This document shows positions 47,207-57,600 of a DNA stretch of 64,000 nt, piece by piece; the first letter of the stretch is position 1, and every line of letters starts with the position of its first letter. A program made the translations under genes and the position numbers. Source of the stretch: Candidatus Latescibacterota bacterium. GTDB lineage: Bacteria; Latescibacterota; UBA2968; UBA8231. Under the pieces are notes generated by a model. It saw only the letters and a list, made by a program, of their open reading frames with translations, searched no databases and had not been told where the DNA came from. The stretch spans positions 1,216,001 to 1,280,000 of the forward strand of contig CBDAOB010000005.1 in assembly GCA_965197905.1 (NCBI GenBank). The letters run 5' to 3'.

Positions 47207-50085
47207 ATCGAGTTCCCTTTTCCAGTTTCCGTAGGTGGAAAGGTGAGTTGGACCTTCTTTTTGAACAAGGTTGTGGTCTGCAGGTTCAGATGTTCATCGC
47301 CGTCGTATCTGACGAGAAACCAGGTATCCTGCCGGTCGGGCAGGGAGAAGTTGATGTCCATCGCGTGTTCATTGTCGGGTATGGATATCCACCAGGGGGA
47401 TTGAAACCGCTCGGCCAGAGGACGCACGTAGTCCGGGTCGTCAATACCGCTGAATTCGAGCCGATTCTGCTCAAACCAGAGGTCGACCAGTTGCCGTCCT
47501 CGGTACTTGCTGGGCACGGACGGATCGACCGTGTATACTGCCAACGCGATGGGTCGAGGGGAACGCTCGAGAATGCCCGGCAGCAAGGGACCATTGAACG
47601 TGAAGACGACGCGGTAGAAGCCCGGTTCCAGCCGCGGGTAAAACACACCGGCTGCAATGGGGCCGTCGGAGGTTTTCTCATCATGCTCGAAGACCTTGAT
47701 AAGCTCCGGACTTCCTGTATCAAACATGGGAAGCTGTCGCAGGGAGAACTGCTCCAACCCGATTTCGCCGAATCCAGAGTACTCCACGTAGAAACGCCCA
47801 AGACTGATGCGCCCCACGTAGAACGCCTGAGACACACCCGGGCTCGGTGATGGGACAATCGGCTTACTCAAATGGATTCTCGACCTGCTAACGGCTGGCA
47901 CGTTGGTGTACAACAAGGACACGAGGTGACCTGTGACACGCGGAATTGGACTCTTGGAGAATAGGTCGGGCGTGTCGAAGCTGTAATATCCGGGGTCCAG
48001 CAACGGACCATCGAGATTGACAAGCAGGCCAAGCGCGTCTCTGCCTTCGCGGGGCAGGAAAGTCCCGTCGGGTTCCCGTGTGCCGACCATTTGGTTCGTC
48101 AGGTCGAGCTCGAACGAACTGGCGACGGGGATGATTCGTGGTTCGCCGTGAGCCGGGTTGTCATAGGTGAGCCCAACCGCCGAATCGGCAATCCTCTGCG
48201 TCGGAATGGCAGTGCTCCAAAGTTTCGGTGCGAGCAATGCCAGCAGAACTAGGGCTGGCTGATACCTGCCAAGAAACCTGGCGCCGGCCAGGACGAGAAT
48301 ACCACAAAGTACGATCTCGCTCACCGCGACCGAATCGCGGTCAGGCGTAAAATGAACCTGCCATGGATAGTACTGATTTACGGATCGGTATTCGTGATTG
48401 ACCCCGTTGTATCCTCCTTCAGGGAATTCCACCGTCGTCGTTACGGTGTCCAAGCTAACGGTCCACGCCATCGCCAGCAGGAACAACCCTAGGGCGGTTT
48501 GTCTTTTGGAGCCGAAGGACCAGGCTAGTCCCAGAACCAACACCGGCAGCGCTGTTATCAGGAAACGACCCGGGTATCCAAATCCGAAGGTCCAATCCGG
48601 ATGGGCGCCGTTGACCGCCGCGGTGCAGATGTAAAGGGCGCAGCAGACAAGGGCCAAACGACTTCGTGTCCGTGCGAGCAAGGTCAAACCCACAAGGCTG
48701 TACAGGAATACGGGCGCAGCGTTCAGCAGGCCGTGGGTGCTGAGCAACCAGTGCCCGGGTAGCGAGGTGAACCAAACGGCCGGATTTAACGACCCTTCCG
48801 ACCAGGCATTCCCCGGACGGAAGGGTCCTAGCCAATCGTTGCTGAAGGTGTAGTTGAAGCGAATGTGGACGGCGGTCATGACCAAACTGACCGCCAACAC
48901 CGACACGATGTTGCGCTTATTTTCGACGCTGAACCAGCATTGAAGCAGGAGCAAGGCGAGCAAAAGAGCCGTCAGGGGCAGGTATCGGGGATGCAGAAAT
49001 GGCAGGACCCACGCCAGGAGTGCCAGCAACCCAAGCCACGCAATTTCCCAGCGGCCCACAGATTGGTAAACGCCTTCGGAACGTTGCCAGTGAGGCATAC
49101 ATGACAGAGTGATAAGTGCGATCAGAAGGGCTGGCATTTCGGGGTAGAGTTGGTTGCTGTAGAGAAAAAAAGGGGCGGTAGTCGCCAACAAAAAGACAGC
49201 TATGAGGGCCGCGGCGACAGAAATGCCGACGCGACACAACCAGACAAAAGCCGCGGCTGAAGTTGCGGCTGCCAAAAGGCACATGAACAACGCGCAGGCC
49301 AAACGCGGGTTTGACCACAACTCGAGGCCGAGCCAGTAGGCCGGAACAAGCAGCACCGAAAGCCCGATGGGATGAACCGAATGGACCTTTCCCGTCGGCG
49401 AGGCAGGAGCTTTGGCGAGACCGAAGTCCGTTATGTGGAACTCGTCGGTGGTGGAACTATCCAGGTTGTTCGCCAGATCCATGTCGCCATCCCGAATCAA
49501 ACTCTGAGTCACGCGCAGATACTGGCCTTCGTCGCCATGGATCATGGTGACCTGACAGAAGTACAAGGTGTAGATTCCATAACCTACCGAGCACAGCAGG
49601 AAAATCGTGATGGCAAGATACCTGACGGGTGACCGGTTCCAATCCGTTCCGATGGCAAGGTTGGGATAAACCATATAACAGAGGCACAAGCCCCAGGTGG
49701 CGTGGGGACTCCACAACAACGTCAGATACGGAAATAGCTGGCAAAGCGGATTCCAAAGGGAAACCAGTCTGACGACCGAAAGGGCTCCGGCCAACCACGC
49801 AAGGTGCAGGAATCGGTCGTCGGTTTGGAGGCGAAGTTCAGCGTTGGCACGTAGATGGGCGAGGAGCAGTCCGGCCACGGCCGTGATCAGAGGTGCCAGC
49901 GACCACCGAATCTCCAGATGGGAATATTCTACGATGGTGGACAGCGAGCCGGTGGAGGCAGCGACATGGACCGAGATCCAGCAGATCGCAAACCACACCA
50001 GAAGCAGGAAGGAGGCGATCACCGAGGCGGCCGAGGGCGGAGGTAGGTGAGAGAGCCGGCAGAAAATCGATGAAGCAACGACCAT
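47203..50085 (-). CDS. Large membrane protein with GT-C-like core and extracytoplasmic C-terminal domain
   Basis: 'GDE..YL....SL..DGD.DL.N', 'H.IGL', 'YPE', 'LH.RY', 'RF'; many TM helices then about 330 aa soluble; coupled to rfbA (ATGA). Confidence 0.7.
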   Translation of the reverse strand: MVVASSIFCRLSHLPPPSAASVIASFLLLVWFAICWISVHVAASTGSLSTIVEYSHLEIRWSLAPLITAVAGLLLAHLRANAELRLQTDDRFLHLAWLAGALSVVRLVSLWNPLCQLFPYLTLLWSPHATWGLCLCYMVYPNLAIGTDWNRSPVRYLAITIFLLCSVGYGIYTLYFCQVTMIHGDEGQYLRVTQSLIRDGDMDLANNLDSSTTDEFHITDFGLAKAPASPTGKVHSVHPIGLSVLLVPAYWLGLELWSNPRLACALFMCLLAAATSAAAFVWLCRVGISVAAALIAVFLLATTAPFFLYSNQLYPEMPALLIALITLSCMPHWQRSEGVYQSVGRWEIAWLGLLALLAWVLPFLHPRYLPLTALLLALLLLQCWFSVENKRNIVSVLAVSLVMTAVHIRFNYTFSNDWLGPFRPGNAWSEGSLNPAVWFTSLPGHWLLSTHGLLNAAPVFLYSLVGLTLLARTRSRLALVCCALYICTAAVNGAHPDWTFGFGYPGRFLITALPVLVLGLAWSFGSKRQTALGLFLLAMAWTVSLDTVTTTVEFPEGGYNGVNHEYRSVNQYYPWQVHFTPDRDSVAVSEIVLCGILVLAGARFLGRYQPALVLLALLAPKLWSTAIPTQRIADSAVGLTYDNPAHGEPRIIPVASSFELDLTNQMVGTREPDGTFLPREGRDALGLLVNLDGPLLDPGYYSFDTPDLFSKSPIPRVTGHLVSLLYTNVPAVSRSRIHLSKPIVPSPSPGVSQAFYVGRISLGRFYVEYSGFGEIGLEQFSLRQLPMFDTGSPELIKVFEHDEKTSDGPIAAGVFYPRLEPGFYRVVFTFNGPLLPGILERSPRPIALAVYTVDPSVPSKYRGRQLVDLWFEQNRLEFSGIDDPDYVRPLAERFQSPWWISIPDNEHAMDINFSLPDRQDTWFLVRYDGDEHLNLQTTTLFKKKVQLTFPPTETGKGNSI

Positions 50086-50175
50086 TAGGAGGCTCAGTAC
50101 CGCGTTTTGAGAAAGGGGGAGTGTCTATGGCGTCGGCAGGACCAGGGAGGAGGCCGAAAGAGTTCGGCCACGCTC

Positions 50176-50910
50176 CTAGTCCATTAAGATGCCGCCATTT
50201 ACGTCGATGATTTCGCCAGTGATATGGGCGGAATCTTCACAGGCCAGGAAGAGCGCGCAGTTCGCGACGTCCTGCGCGGTCCCCTTCTTGCCCAGGGGGA
50301 TCTGCTCGCTCAATTTCGCGTGTAGCGGATTGTCGGTCATGTTCGTATCGATTATGCCCGGGGCAATGCCGTTGGCACGTACACCATACGGTGCGAGGCC
50401 TCGGGCGAGAGCCATGGTCATAGCGAGCACCCCCGCCTTGGCGGCCCCGTACGGGGGGCCCGAAGCAAGACCGCCCGTTTTTCCAGCCAGCGAGGTCAGG
50501 TTGATTATGGCGCCTTTGCCCCGCTTTTTGAGGATTGGATAGGCGGCCTGGCTGCACAGAAAAGTTCCCTTTAGGTTTACGGAGATAGTCCGGTCCCAAA
50601 GGTCCTCGTCGCAATCTTCAAAAGTGCATAGCTCCAGTATGCCGGCGTTGTTCACCAGAATATCCAAGTCACCCAATTCATCCAGTACTTTCGAGAAGCC
50701 GGTCGTTACTGAGCTCTTGGACGATACATCCATTTCGATACCCAACGATCTGGTAGCCAAGCTTTTCGCTGCCTCTGCCGCGGCTTCGGCGCGGATGTCG
50801 GCTACGACAACATGCGCACCTTCCAGGGCAAACGTGGTGGCAATGGCGTAGCCGATGCCTCTGCTGCCCCCGGTAATTAGCGCAACTTGCCCTTTGAGTT
50901 TGTCGGCCAT
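50176..50910 (-). CDS. Short-chain dehydrogenase/reductase (FabG-like)
   Basis: 'TGGSRGIG', 'NNAG', 'YGAAK', 'PG.IDT', 'TG..IDVNGG'; start at MADKL (50910). Confidence 0.92.
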   Translation of the reverse strand: MADKLKGQVALITGGSRGIGYAIATTFALEGAHVVVADIRAEAAAEAAKSLATRSLGIEMDVSSKSSVTTGFSKVLDELGDLDILVNNAGILELCTFEDCDEDLWDRTISVNLKGTFLCSQAAYPILKKRGKGAIINLTSLAGKTGGLASGPPYGAAKAGVLAMTMALARGLAPYGVRANGIAPGIIDTNMTDNPLHAKLSEQIPLGKKGTAQDVANCALFLACEDSAHITGEIIDVNGGILMD

Positions 50911-50919
50911 GTGAAGATC

Positions 50920-51143
50920 TAGCATGGAAGCGGCGTAGGCGCAGCCGGTGATTACACCCACTCGCAAATGGGCGCGGTTATGTCGAGTTCGCTTCGACTA
51001 AGGTAATAGCCCCCCAACGGGGTGGCCAGAAAAATGTAGTTGGCCGTCACGACCACTGGTGCATAATAGCTTCGTCGCTGAGACCACTTGAATAGCTGAC
51101 CGAAACCGAAAGATAGAAGGATGGCTGCATACATCCAGTCCAA
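50920..51143 (-). pseudogene. Truncated, frameshifted remnant of a DMT/EamA-like transporter
   Basis: 'LDWMYAAILLSFGFGQLFKWSQRR...VVVTANY' continues after a frameshift as 'LRVGVITGCAYAASML' and then ends at the SDR start; only about 3 TM segments remain. Confidence 0.5.
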
Positions 51144-52890
51144 AAAGCTACTGCCTTTCTGGTGGCGAGGAAGACCGGGCTATAGTCTGGCGCCCATCAG
51201 ACCGCAAGAGTTCGGTGGTCGACTCGCGAAGACGGCGGCTGCGACCATCCTCATTACGGTCGTCGGCTGTGTTCTGCCTGCGATCAAGGAGGAGATGGAT
51301 TGGAGTTCGTCGGCCCCAGAGGCGTTGCGGGCGCAACTGACGAACCGGAAACAGCAAAAGGCGAATTCCGGCGTTGGCCGCGATCGAATCGCGGACGATG
51401 AGCTTTCCGGGTTCTATCTTCGGCGCTCTGACCGGATGGCCTGGAGCGGACCACGTGGCCCCCTCGCGCAGGCGGACGAACTGGTGGAAGCGCTTGCCAA
51501 GCTTTCCATTGATGGCCTCAATCCGGAAGAGTACGGATTGAGCACGCTGGCGGCAGCGATGGTTGCTGTACGACATTCGGCAGGAATCTCAATAGAGCGA
51601 CTTCGTCGTCTCGCACAGCTCGATATAGAGCTGACTACGGCTTTCCTGCGGAGCGCCCGACATCTGCTCGCGGGGCGTGTGGCTAGGCGCGACGTGGACG
51701 TTGACTGGCGGGTCAGCTCACCGACCGGCGATCTGGCGGGATTGCTGGAAATGGCATTGGCGACAAATCAGGTAGAATCGTCGCTGTTGGGGCTGCGGCC
51801 ACGGCGGTTGGAGTACGCACGGCTGCAGGATCTACGGCGACGTTACCTGGAACTCGAAGCGGCCGGCGGGTGGCCCAAGGTTCCCGCAACAGTGACTTCG
51901 GGTAGGATGGATAAGAAGATGGCTGCCATTTTCGGCCAGCGACTGTTCTTGTCCGGAGACAAGCCTGAGTATGTCGAGGAGTCGAAAGTCTCCAACGAAC
52001 AGCTGCGGGGGTACCTACGTGGGTTTCAAAAGCGTCACGGTCTCCAGGTTTCGGGGTCGATCGATTCGTCCACCTTCGTGACTCTGAATGTCTCGGTTCA
52101 GCAACGTATCGCCCAACTTGAAGTAAACCTGGAGCGCTGGAGGTGGTTGCCCCACACGCTAGGCAGTCGTTACATCCTGGTGCGCATCGCCGATTTCGCG
52201 TTGGACGTCGTCGAGGACGAGGACGTGGAAATGACGATGCGGGTGATTGTTGGCAAGCCATATACCCGAACCCCGGTCTTTAGCAGTGCCTTAACCCGAT
52301 TGGTGTTCAATCCATACTGGCACATACCGCGCAGCATCGCCGCCAACGAAATCCTGCCACTGGTTGAGCGTGATTCCGACTACCTCGAACGCAACGGTAT
52401 CCACGCTCTGCCCGTGGTCGGTCCGCCTGACAAACAAACCAACCCATTGGAGATCGACCTCGATGCGGTTCGCAAGGGCACGAGCATGCTTGTGCAGAGT
52501 CCGGGATACACAAATCCACTCGGGCGCGTAAAGTTCATGCTCCCCAACCCATATAGCATCTATCTGCACGACACGCCGGCTGCCGAGCTTTTCGATCGAC
52601 GGTCCCGGGATTTTAGTCACGGATGTATACGACTCGAACACAGCACGGATCTCGCTGCCTATCTCTTAAAGGATCACGGAGACTGGCCCCGATCGGAGAT
52701 TGACCGAGTGCTGGCCTCGGGAGAGAACGTGCAGGTGGACCTCGCCAGGAGCGTTCCTGTTTTTCTACTCTACTGGACCGCCTGGGTTGACGATGAAGGG
52801 CGAGCTCAGTTTCGCGAGGATATCTACCAAAGCGATACGGAGCTGAACCGGGCTCTGGTCGAGGCGGGTGTATCGACTTTCCAATTGTAG
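51121..52890 (+). CDS. L,D-transpeptidase, YcbB/LdtD family (scaffold + PG-binding + YkuD domains)
   Basis: 'GL.PE.Y', 'GGW', 'FQ.RHGL', 'NLERWRW', 'VIVGK...TP', 'NP.W..P.SI', 'N.LG.VKF..PN', 'IYLHDTP', 'SHGCIR'. The true start is probably downstream of 51121 (lipobox-like 'VVGC'). Confidence 0.92.
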   Translation: MAAYIQSKKLLPFWWRGRPGYSLAPIRPQEFGGRLAKTAAATILITVVGCVLPAIKEEMDWSSSAPEALRAQLTNRKQQKANSGVGRDRIADDELSGFYLRRSDRMAWSGPRGPLAQADELVEALAKLSIDGLNPEEYGLSTLAAAMVAVRHSAGISIERLRRLAQLDIELTTAFLRSARHLLAGRVARRDVDVDWRVSSPTGDLAGLLEMALATNQVESSLLGLRPRRLEYARLQDLRRRYLELEAAGGWPKVPATVTSGRMDKKMAAIFGQRLFLSGDKPEYVEESKVSNEQLRGYLRGFQKRHGLQVSGSIDSSTFVTLNVSVQQRIAQLEVNLERWRWLPHTLGSRYILVRIADFALDVVEDEDVEMTMRVIVGKPYTRTPVFSSALTRLVFNPYWHIPRSIAANEILPLVERDSDYLERNGIHALPVVGPPDKQTNPLEIDLDAVRKGTSMLVQSPGYTNPLGRVKFMLPNPYSIYLHDTPAAELFDRRSRDFSHGCIRLEHSTDLAAYLLKDHGDWPRSEIDRVLASGENVQVDLARSVPVFLLYWTAWVDDEGRAQFREDIYQSDTELNRALVEAGVSTFQL

Positions 52891-52987
52891 TCCAAAGGTT
52901 CCGAGGGCCCGGCTGGGTGCGATGGTCGAAGCCAAAACCCACGCATATTTGCTTTTTCGGGGTTGGTTTATTTATTAGTCCCGACCT

Positions 52988-53368
52988 ATGACCCCACTTG
53001 TTCTCTCCTTATGGTTCGCTTGGTTGGTTGCGTGCGTGACCGAAGATGCCGCCCAACAAACACCCGAGAACAACACAGAAAACCAAATCGCGCTTGGTGG
53101 CGAGCTATTCGCGAAGAACGGCTGCGCGGTTTGTCACGGCCGAGACGGACGGGGTGACGGTCACGCCGCCAAGAGCCTGAACCCCAGCCCACGCGATTTT
53201 CGTGAACTCTCGGCATATCAACAGGGGGGTACGCAACGGGAAATCGCGGCAACAGTGAAAAACGGTATCGGTCGGCGCAACAGCGCGATGCCGGCCTACC
53301 CGCACTTGAGCGAGGCGGACGCCAACGCCTTGGGGGCGTTCGTGGTTTTTCTTCAGAGACAGCCATAG
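52988..53368 (+). CDS. Monoheme c-type cytochrome, probable lipoprotein
   Basis: Lipobox 'LVAC', heme motif 'CAVCH', 'G.GDG..A..L.P.PRDF', distal Met 'SAMP'. Confidence 0.88.
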   Translation: MTPLVLSLWFAWLVACVTEDAAQQTPENNTENQIALGGELFAKNGCAVCHGRDGRGDGHAAKSLNPSPRDFRELSAYQQGGTQREIAATVKNGIGRRNSAMPAYPHLSEADANALGAFVVFLQRQP

Positions 53369-53400
53369 CCAATATGCAGAAATAGAAAGGAATCTCAGAG

Positions 53401-55751
53401 ATGTCGAAGACCGTGACAGCGTTATTGTTGTCGATTCTCGTGTTCGCCGGCCGCAGTGCGGCGGGAGAAACCATCGATGGAACCGTGCACGATGCGCGGG
53501 GTGCAGTATTAGCTGGAGCAAATGTGCAAATACGGGGGACCGGTCGCGGTGAGGCCACCGATGCCGACGGCAGGTTTCGCATTGCAGGTTTGGAGGCCAC
53601 CAAAGTGCAAGTGGTGGTCAGCCTGATCGGGTACGGCTCCCAAACCCAATCGGTCGATCTCCGGTCGGGGTCCAAGCGGATTGATTTCGTGCTGACGCTC
53701 GAACCGATAGAGATGAATCCCCTTGTGATCTCCGCGAGCGCTATCGGAGAAGAGGTGAGGACTGCTCCAAACAAAGTGAATATCATCGATCGGCGGGAGA
53801 TCGAGCGTTCAACGGGATATACGATCCAGGATGTACTGCAACACTCGGAAGGTCTCTATGTGTCGCGGTGTCGCGGGGCCAAGGGCTCTTGGTCGACTTC
53901 CAAACTGTCGTTGTTCGTGGCATGACGGCAGGCACCTTTGGCCGCAATTCAGCGGTGCTGACCACCTTGAACGGGCACTCCCTCAACGGCACTCTGGGTT
54001 CCTGGGCGAACATCGGTGATCTCGATGCTTTACCTGCAAGCATTATTCAAAAAACTGAAGTGATCAAGGGACCGTACGCCTCGATCTACGGCTCGGGCGC
54101 GACCGGAGGCGTCATCAATATTACGACCCGCAAACATTTTGATCGTGCCATGGGAGGTGATGTTCAATACAAGGTCGGTCCCTACGGGTTTCGTTCCATT
54201 GCCCCCGCGTTCTTCGGTCAGACGGATCGTTTAACCTATTCCGCCTGGGGTGAGTTCATGCACGGCAGCGAACGGCTCGGGCGCCGGCGGAAGACGTGGA
54301 ATCTCGCCAACGGCTATCTCGACGAGGGCAGAATCGAGCAGTCGAAATACGGGTTCATGATCGGGTACGATTTGAACGCCGCCGACAGGGTTGATCTGTT
54401 GGGCAGTCGACTGGAAAAGTTCAACAACTACGATGGACGGCCGATCAACCGCGAGGAGATCGACAGCGACTTTCTGCATTTGACCTTTACGCGAAAAATC
54501 AACGATACGTATACGCTTACGGTTCTGGGCAACTGGCTGCGCAATACCTACGATCTGGTCGCCGACAACAATCCCGCACATCCCGACTCCGCCGCGTGGA
54601 TAACACGTACGCAACCGTTTCCCAACAGGGAAATCGGGGTCAAAACCGTTGTCAGCGGCAAGCTTGGCCCCCACCATTTCAATACGGGAGTCGAGTGGCG
54701 ACGGAATCGGAGTAGCCGCACGTCCTGGTGGGGCGACCGGGAATTCCTTGAGTTCGACGTTAACGGCACCCAAGAGATCTATTCGCTGTTCGTGGAGGAC
54801 AAGCTGCGCTTCGGCAGGCTCGAGTTGACTCCCGGGTTTCGATTGGAACAGTGGCAAGACAACGCGTTATACTCGGAGCAGGAGACGCCCGACAACGCAC
54901 CCAATTTCCCCGGACCCGCGCCCGCCTACCTCAACGGTCGTGTCCATACAGGTTACGCTTCCGGTACCAGCGAGAAAGAGGCGTTCAGTCCGAAGGTTGG
55001 AATGGCATACCTGCATTCAGACCGTCTCAAGATCAGGGCCTCCGCCGGCAGTACTTTTCGGGCGCCGCGGATAACCGAGACCTACAGTCCCGACTATCAG
55101 ACCCTGGACTTTCTGAAGTTTCGGGCCAACCCGGGTCTCGACGAGGAAACCATCATCTCTTACGAAGCAGGATTCGATTGGTCCACTTTGAACCAGCGCC
55201 TCGATCTGTCGGCTACGGCGTTCCGCATCGATGCAAGAGATCGTATCGAGTTTACCTTGACTGGGAGTTTTACGGCCGAGGATCCGTTCGTGATCGTACA
55301 CCGAAATCTCGATACGGAAATCATCGGAATTGAAGGAGAGGTGGGATTCGCCGTCGGACAGAATCTCGCCGTCGGTGCGAATTTTTCGTTTGTAGATGCC
55401 GAGTACACCAGCGGCTCGTCCGCCTTTAAGAACGAACCAACGCCTTACGTTCCGGATCATACATTAAACGTCAATGTTGATTACGCTCTGATCCACGGAT
55501 TGGATCTACGCCTGTCGGTGCAACGCATAGGTGAGATAACAGACGGCCTTTTCCCCGGAGGTATCGACGGCTACGAGATCTTCAATCTCAAGGCGCGCTA
55601 CGAAATCGCCGGAGCCGGCAGAGATCGATATTTCATCGATGCCGGCCTTACCAACCTGTTGGATGAGGACTATCAGGTACCTAGCAACGGAGTGTGGGAT
55701 TACAGGCCGCTGGGCCGAGGGTTGCACCTGACCGCAGGATACGGGTTCTAG
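53401..55751 (+). pseudogene. TonB-dependent receptor with N-terminal carboxypeptidase-regulatory-like domain; interrupted by an 8-bp duplication
   Basis: Signal peptide, 'G.V.D..G..L.GA.V...GT..G..TD.DG.F', plug 'EVIKGP..S.YG..A.GGVINI.T', barrel, C-terminal 'GR......GY.F'. Removing one copy of GTGTCGCG (53860-53875) fuses the two track ORFs. Confidence 0.85.
53860..53875 (+). repeat. Exact 8-bp tandem duplication (GTGTCGCG x2)
   Basis: ctctat GTGTCGCG GTGTCGCG gggccaag. Confidence 0.9.
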
Positions 55752-55878
55752 CCGCCAGCTAATCCCGACGTGCCGCGCGTCTGCTACGGTTGATCAACAT
55801 CTATGCCGTTCACTGGGGCTGCATCACACCTTTCGCCGGTTGGTGCAGCCCTCCGTTTTTTTCCCATGCCAAAGAGAT

Positions 55879-57576
55879 ATGCCGATGGTGATCATAGTCA
55901 CGATTATGGTTGTAACGCTGGTGGGATATTCCGTCTCTTCAGCAGCGGTAGTACTGCGGGTCGGGACTACCACCGAGATGGCACCCCTCTCCCCTGTGGA
56001 CACGAACGGCCTATGGTACAGCACCGGTTACATGGGTTTTTTGTTCATGCCCCTCATCACCTATCGAGGTCCCGACGCTCGTTTTGGCCCCTGCCTGGCC
56101 CAGTCATGGGAGGTAGCCGCCGACAACCATTCGATTCAGTTCCGCCTGCATTCCGGAGCGCGGTGGCACGATGGCCCTCCGGTTACTGCTGAGGACGTTG
56201 CTTTTACGCTGGACTACGTCAAGGAGCATGAGCTCATCGGTCAGCTCTGGCGCTTTCTGGATCATTCGGAAGTAATAGATACACTCACGGTTGCCGTACA
56301 CTTCACTGAACCAGTGGCATTCTATCAATCCATGTTCTTTCCGTGGCCGAAGATCCTGCCAAAACACATCTGGAACGATATATCAGAGCCGGATCTGTTC
56401 CAAGGAACGCAAGCCATGATCGGAAGTGGCCCGTTCGAGTTTGATCGATACGATGCCTACGCGCGGGTGGCGTCACTGCGAAGAGTGCCTGAATTTTTCG
56501 GTGGTGATACGGCGGTTGAGCAGATAGATATACGGTACTACGGCTCCAATGAGGCTCTCGTGCTCGCTCTTAGACTGGGGGATATCGACGTTGTGGTGGG
56601 AGCTACCAGCCACATTCCCAACGCGTACGTGGCGGCTGTCGAAGGGGAGGCGGCTATTGGGCTCGTCGAGATCGAGGACTCGGGTGTACCGCTGACTTTG
56701 GTATTTCACGCGACGAGACATCCCACCCGCCTCCCACTATTCCGCCAGGCCGTCGCTGCAGCGATCGATTACGGAGCATTTATTCCGACCGTCATGCGCG
56801 GTCGCGGTCGTATTCCCGAGCGTGGATTCGTGCCTCCGGCCGCCTGGACCTACGGCGGGCCCTTTCCCCTCCATGTCCACGACCCAGAGCGTGCTGTGGC
56901 TTTGCTCGATTCCATCGGATTCAAGGATGTGGACGGCGACGGTCTGCGGGAGGACGAAAATGGGGACGACTTCACACTGGCGCTGATTCCCGAAACATGG
57001 CAATCTCACGGAGAGGAATTGCGCGCTACGGAGCTACTTGTGTACCAGCTCAAGTCCGTGGGCATTCCAGCCCAACTGACCAAGTATCTGGTGGAAGAGG
57101 AGTACGAGATTCTCTGGGAACGACGGGACTACCAGGCATATGTGGGACATGCGACCCATGCCAGCGTGCGAGATGGTGGGCATGTGTATTTTGCCAACTA
57201 TCAGGATTACTCCTATGGCACTTTTGAAGATTCGGTCTATTTCGAGATTCTGGATCGCATCACCCACGCTCAGAACGCGGATGAATATCTGCTAGCCGTC
57301 AGACAAGCCCAGGCATTCAACAGCAGCGAGTTGCCCGGATTGCCTTTGACGTGGGGTTCGAAAATATTCGCTTTTCGAAAAGACAGGTTCAGCGGTTGGC
57401 AGGGGATGAGCGGGTACGGATTTCCCAACTACGATTCATGGTTTTCGTTACAACCTCGACCCGCGGCGGCTGCCAAACCTACCGACTCGATGTCTGCGGG
57501 GTTCTGGACGAAATTCGGCCTTGCCGTCCTGTTTCTGGCCGCAGCGTCCTGGATTTGGAAACGTCGCAGGCTCTAA
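55879..57576 (+). CDS. ABC transporter substrate-binding protein, family 5 (peptide/nickel), with C-terminal membrane anchor
   Basis: 'P.LA.SWE', 'WHDG.PVTAEDV.FT', 'ILPKHIW', 'IGSGPF', 'FRQA...AID'; C-terminal linker plus 'FGLAVLFLAAASWIWKRRRL'. Confidence 0.88.
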   Translation: MPMVIIVTIMVVTLVGYSVSSAAVVLRVGTTTEMAPLSPVDTNGLWYSTGYMGFLFMPLITYRGPDARFGPCLAQSWEVAADNHSIQFRLHSGARWHDGPPVTAEDVAFTLDYVKEHELIGQLWRFLDHSEVIDTLTVAVHFTEPVAFYQSMFFPWPKILPKHIWNDISEPDLFQGTQAMIGSGPFEFDRYDAYARVASLRRVPEFFGGDTAVEQIDIRYYGSNEALVLALRLGDIDVVVGATSHIPNAYVAAVEGEAAIGLVEIEDSGVPLTLVFHATRHPTRLPLFRQAVAAAIDYGAFIPTVMRGRGRIPERGFVPPAAWTYGGPFPLHVHDPERAVALLDSIGFKDVDGDGLREDENGDDFTLALIPETWQSHGEELRATELLVYQLKSVGIPAQLTKYLVEEEYEILWERRDYQAYVGHATHASVRDGGHVYFANYQDYSYGTFEDSVYFEILDRITHAQNADEYLLAVRQAQAFNSSELPGLPLTWGSKIFAFRKDRFSGWQGMSGYGFPNYDSWFSLQPRPAAAAKPTDSMSAGFWTKFGLAVLFLAAASWIWKRRRL

Positions 57577-57600
57577 CCCCGATCAACGCCAAGGTCTTTT

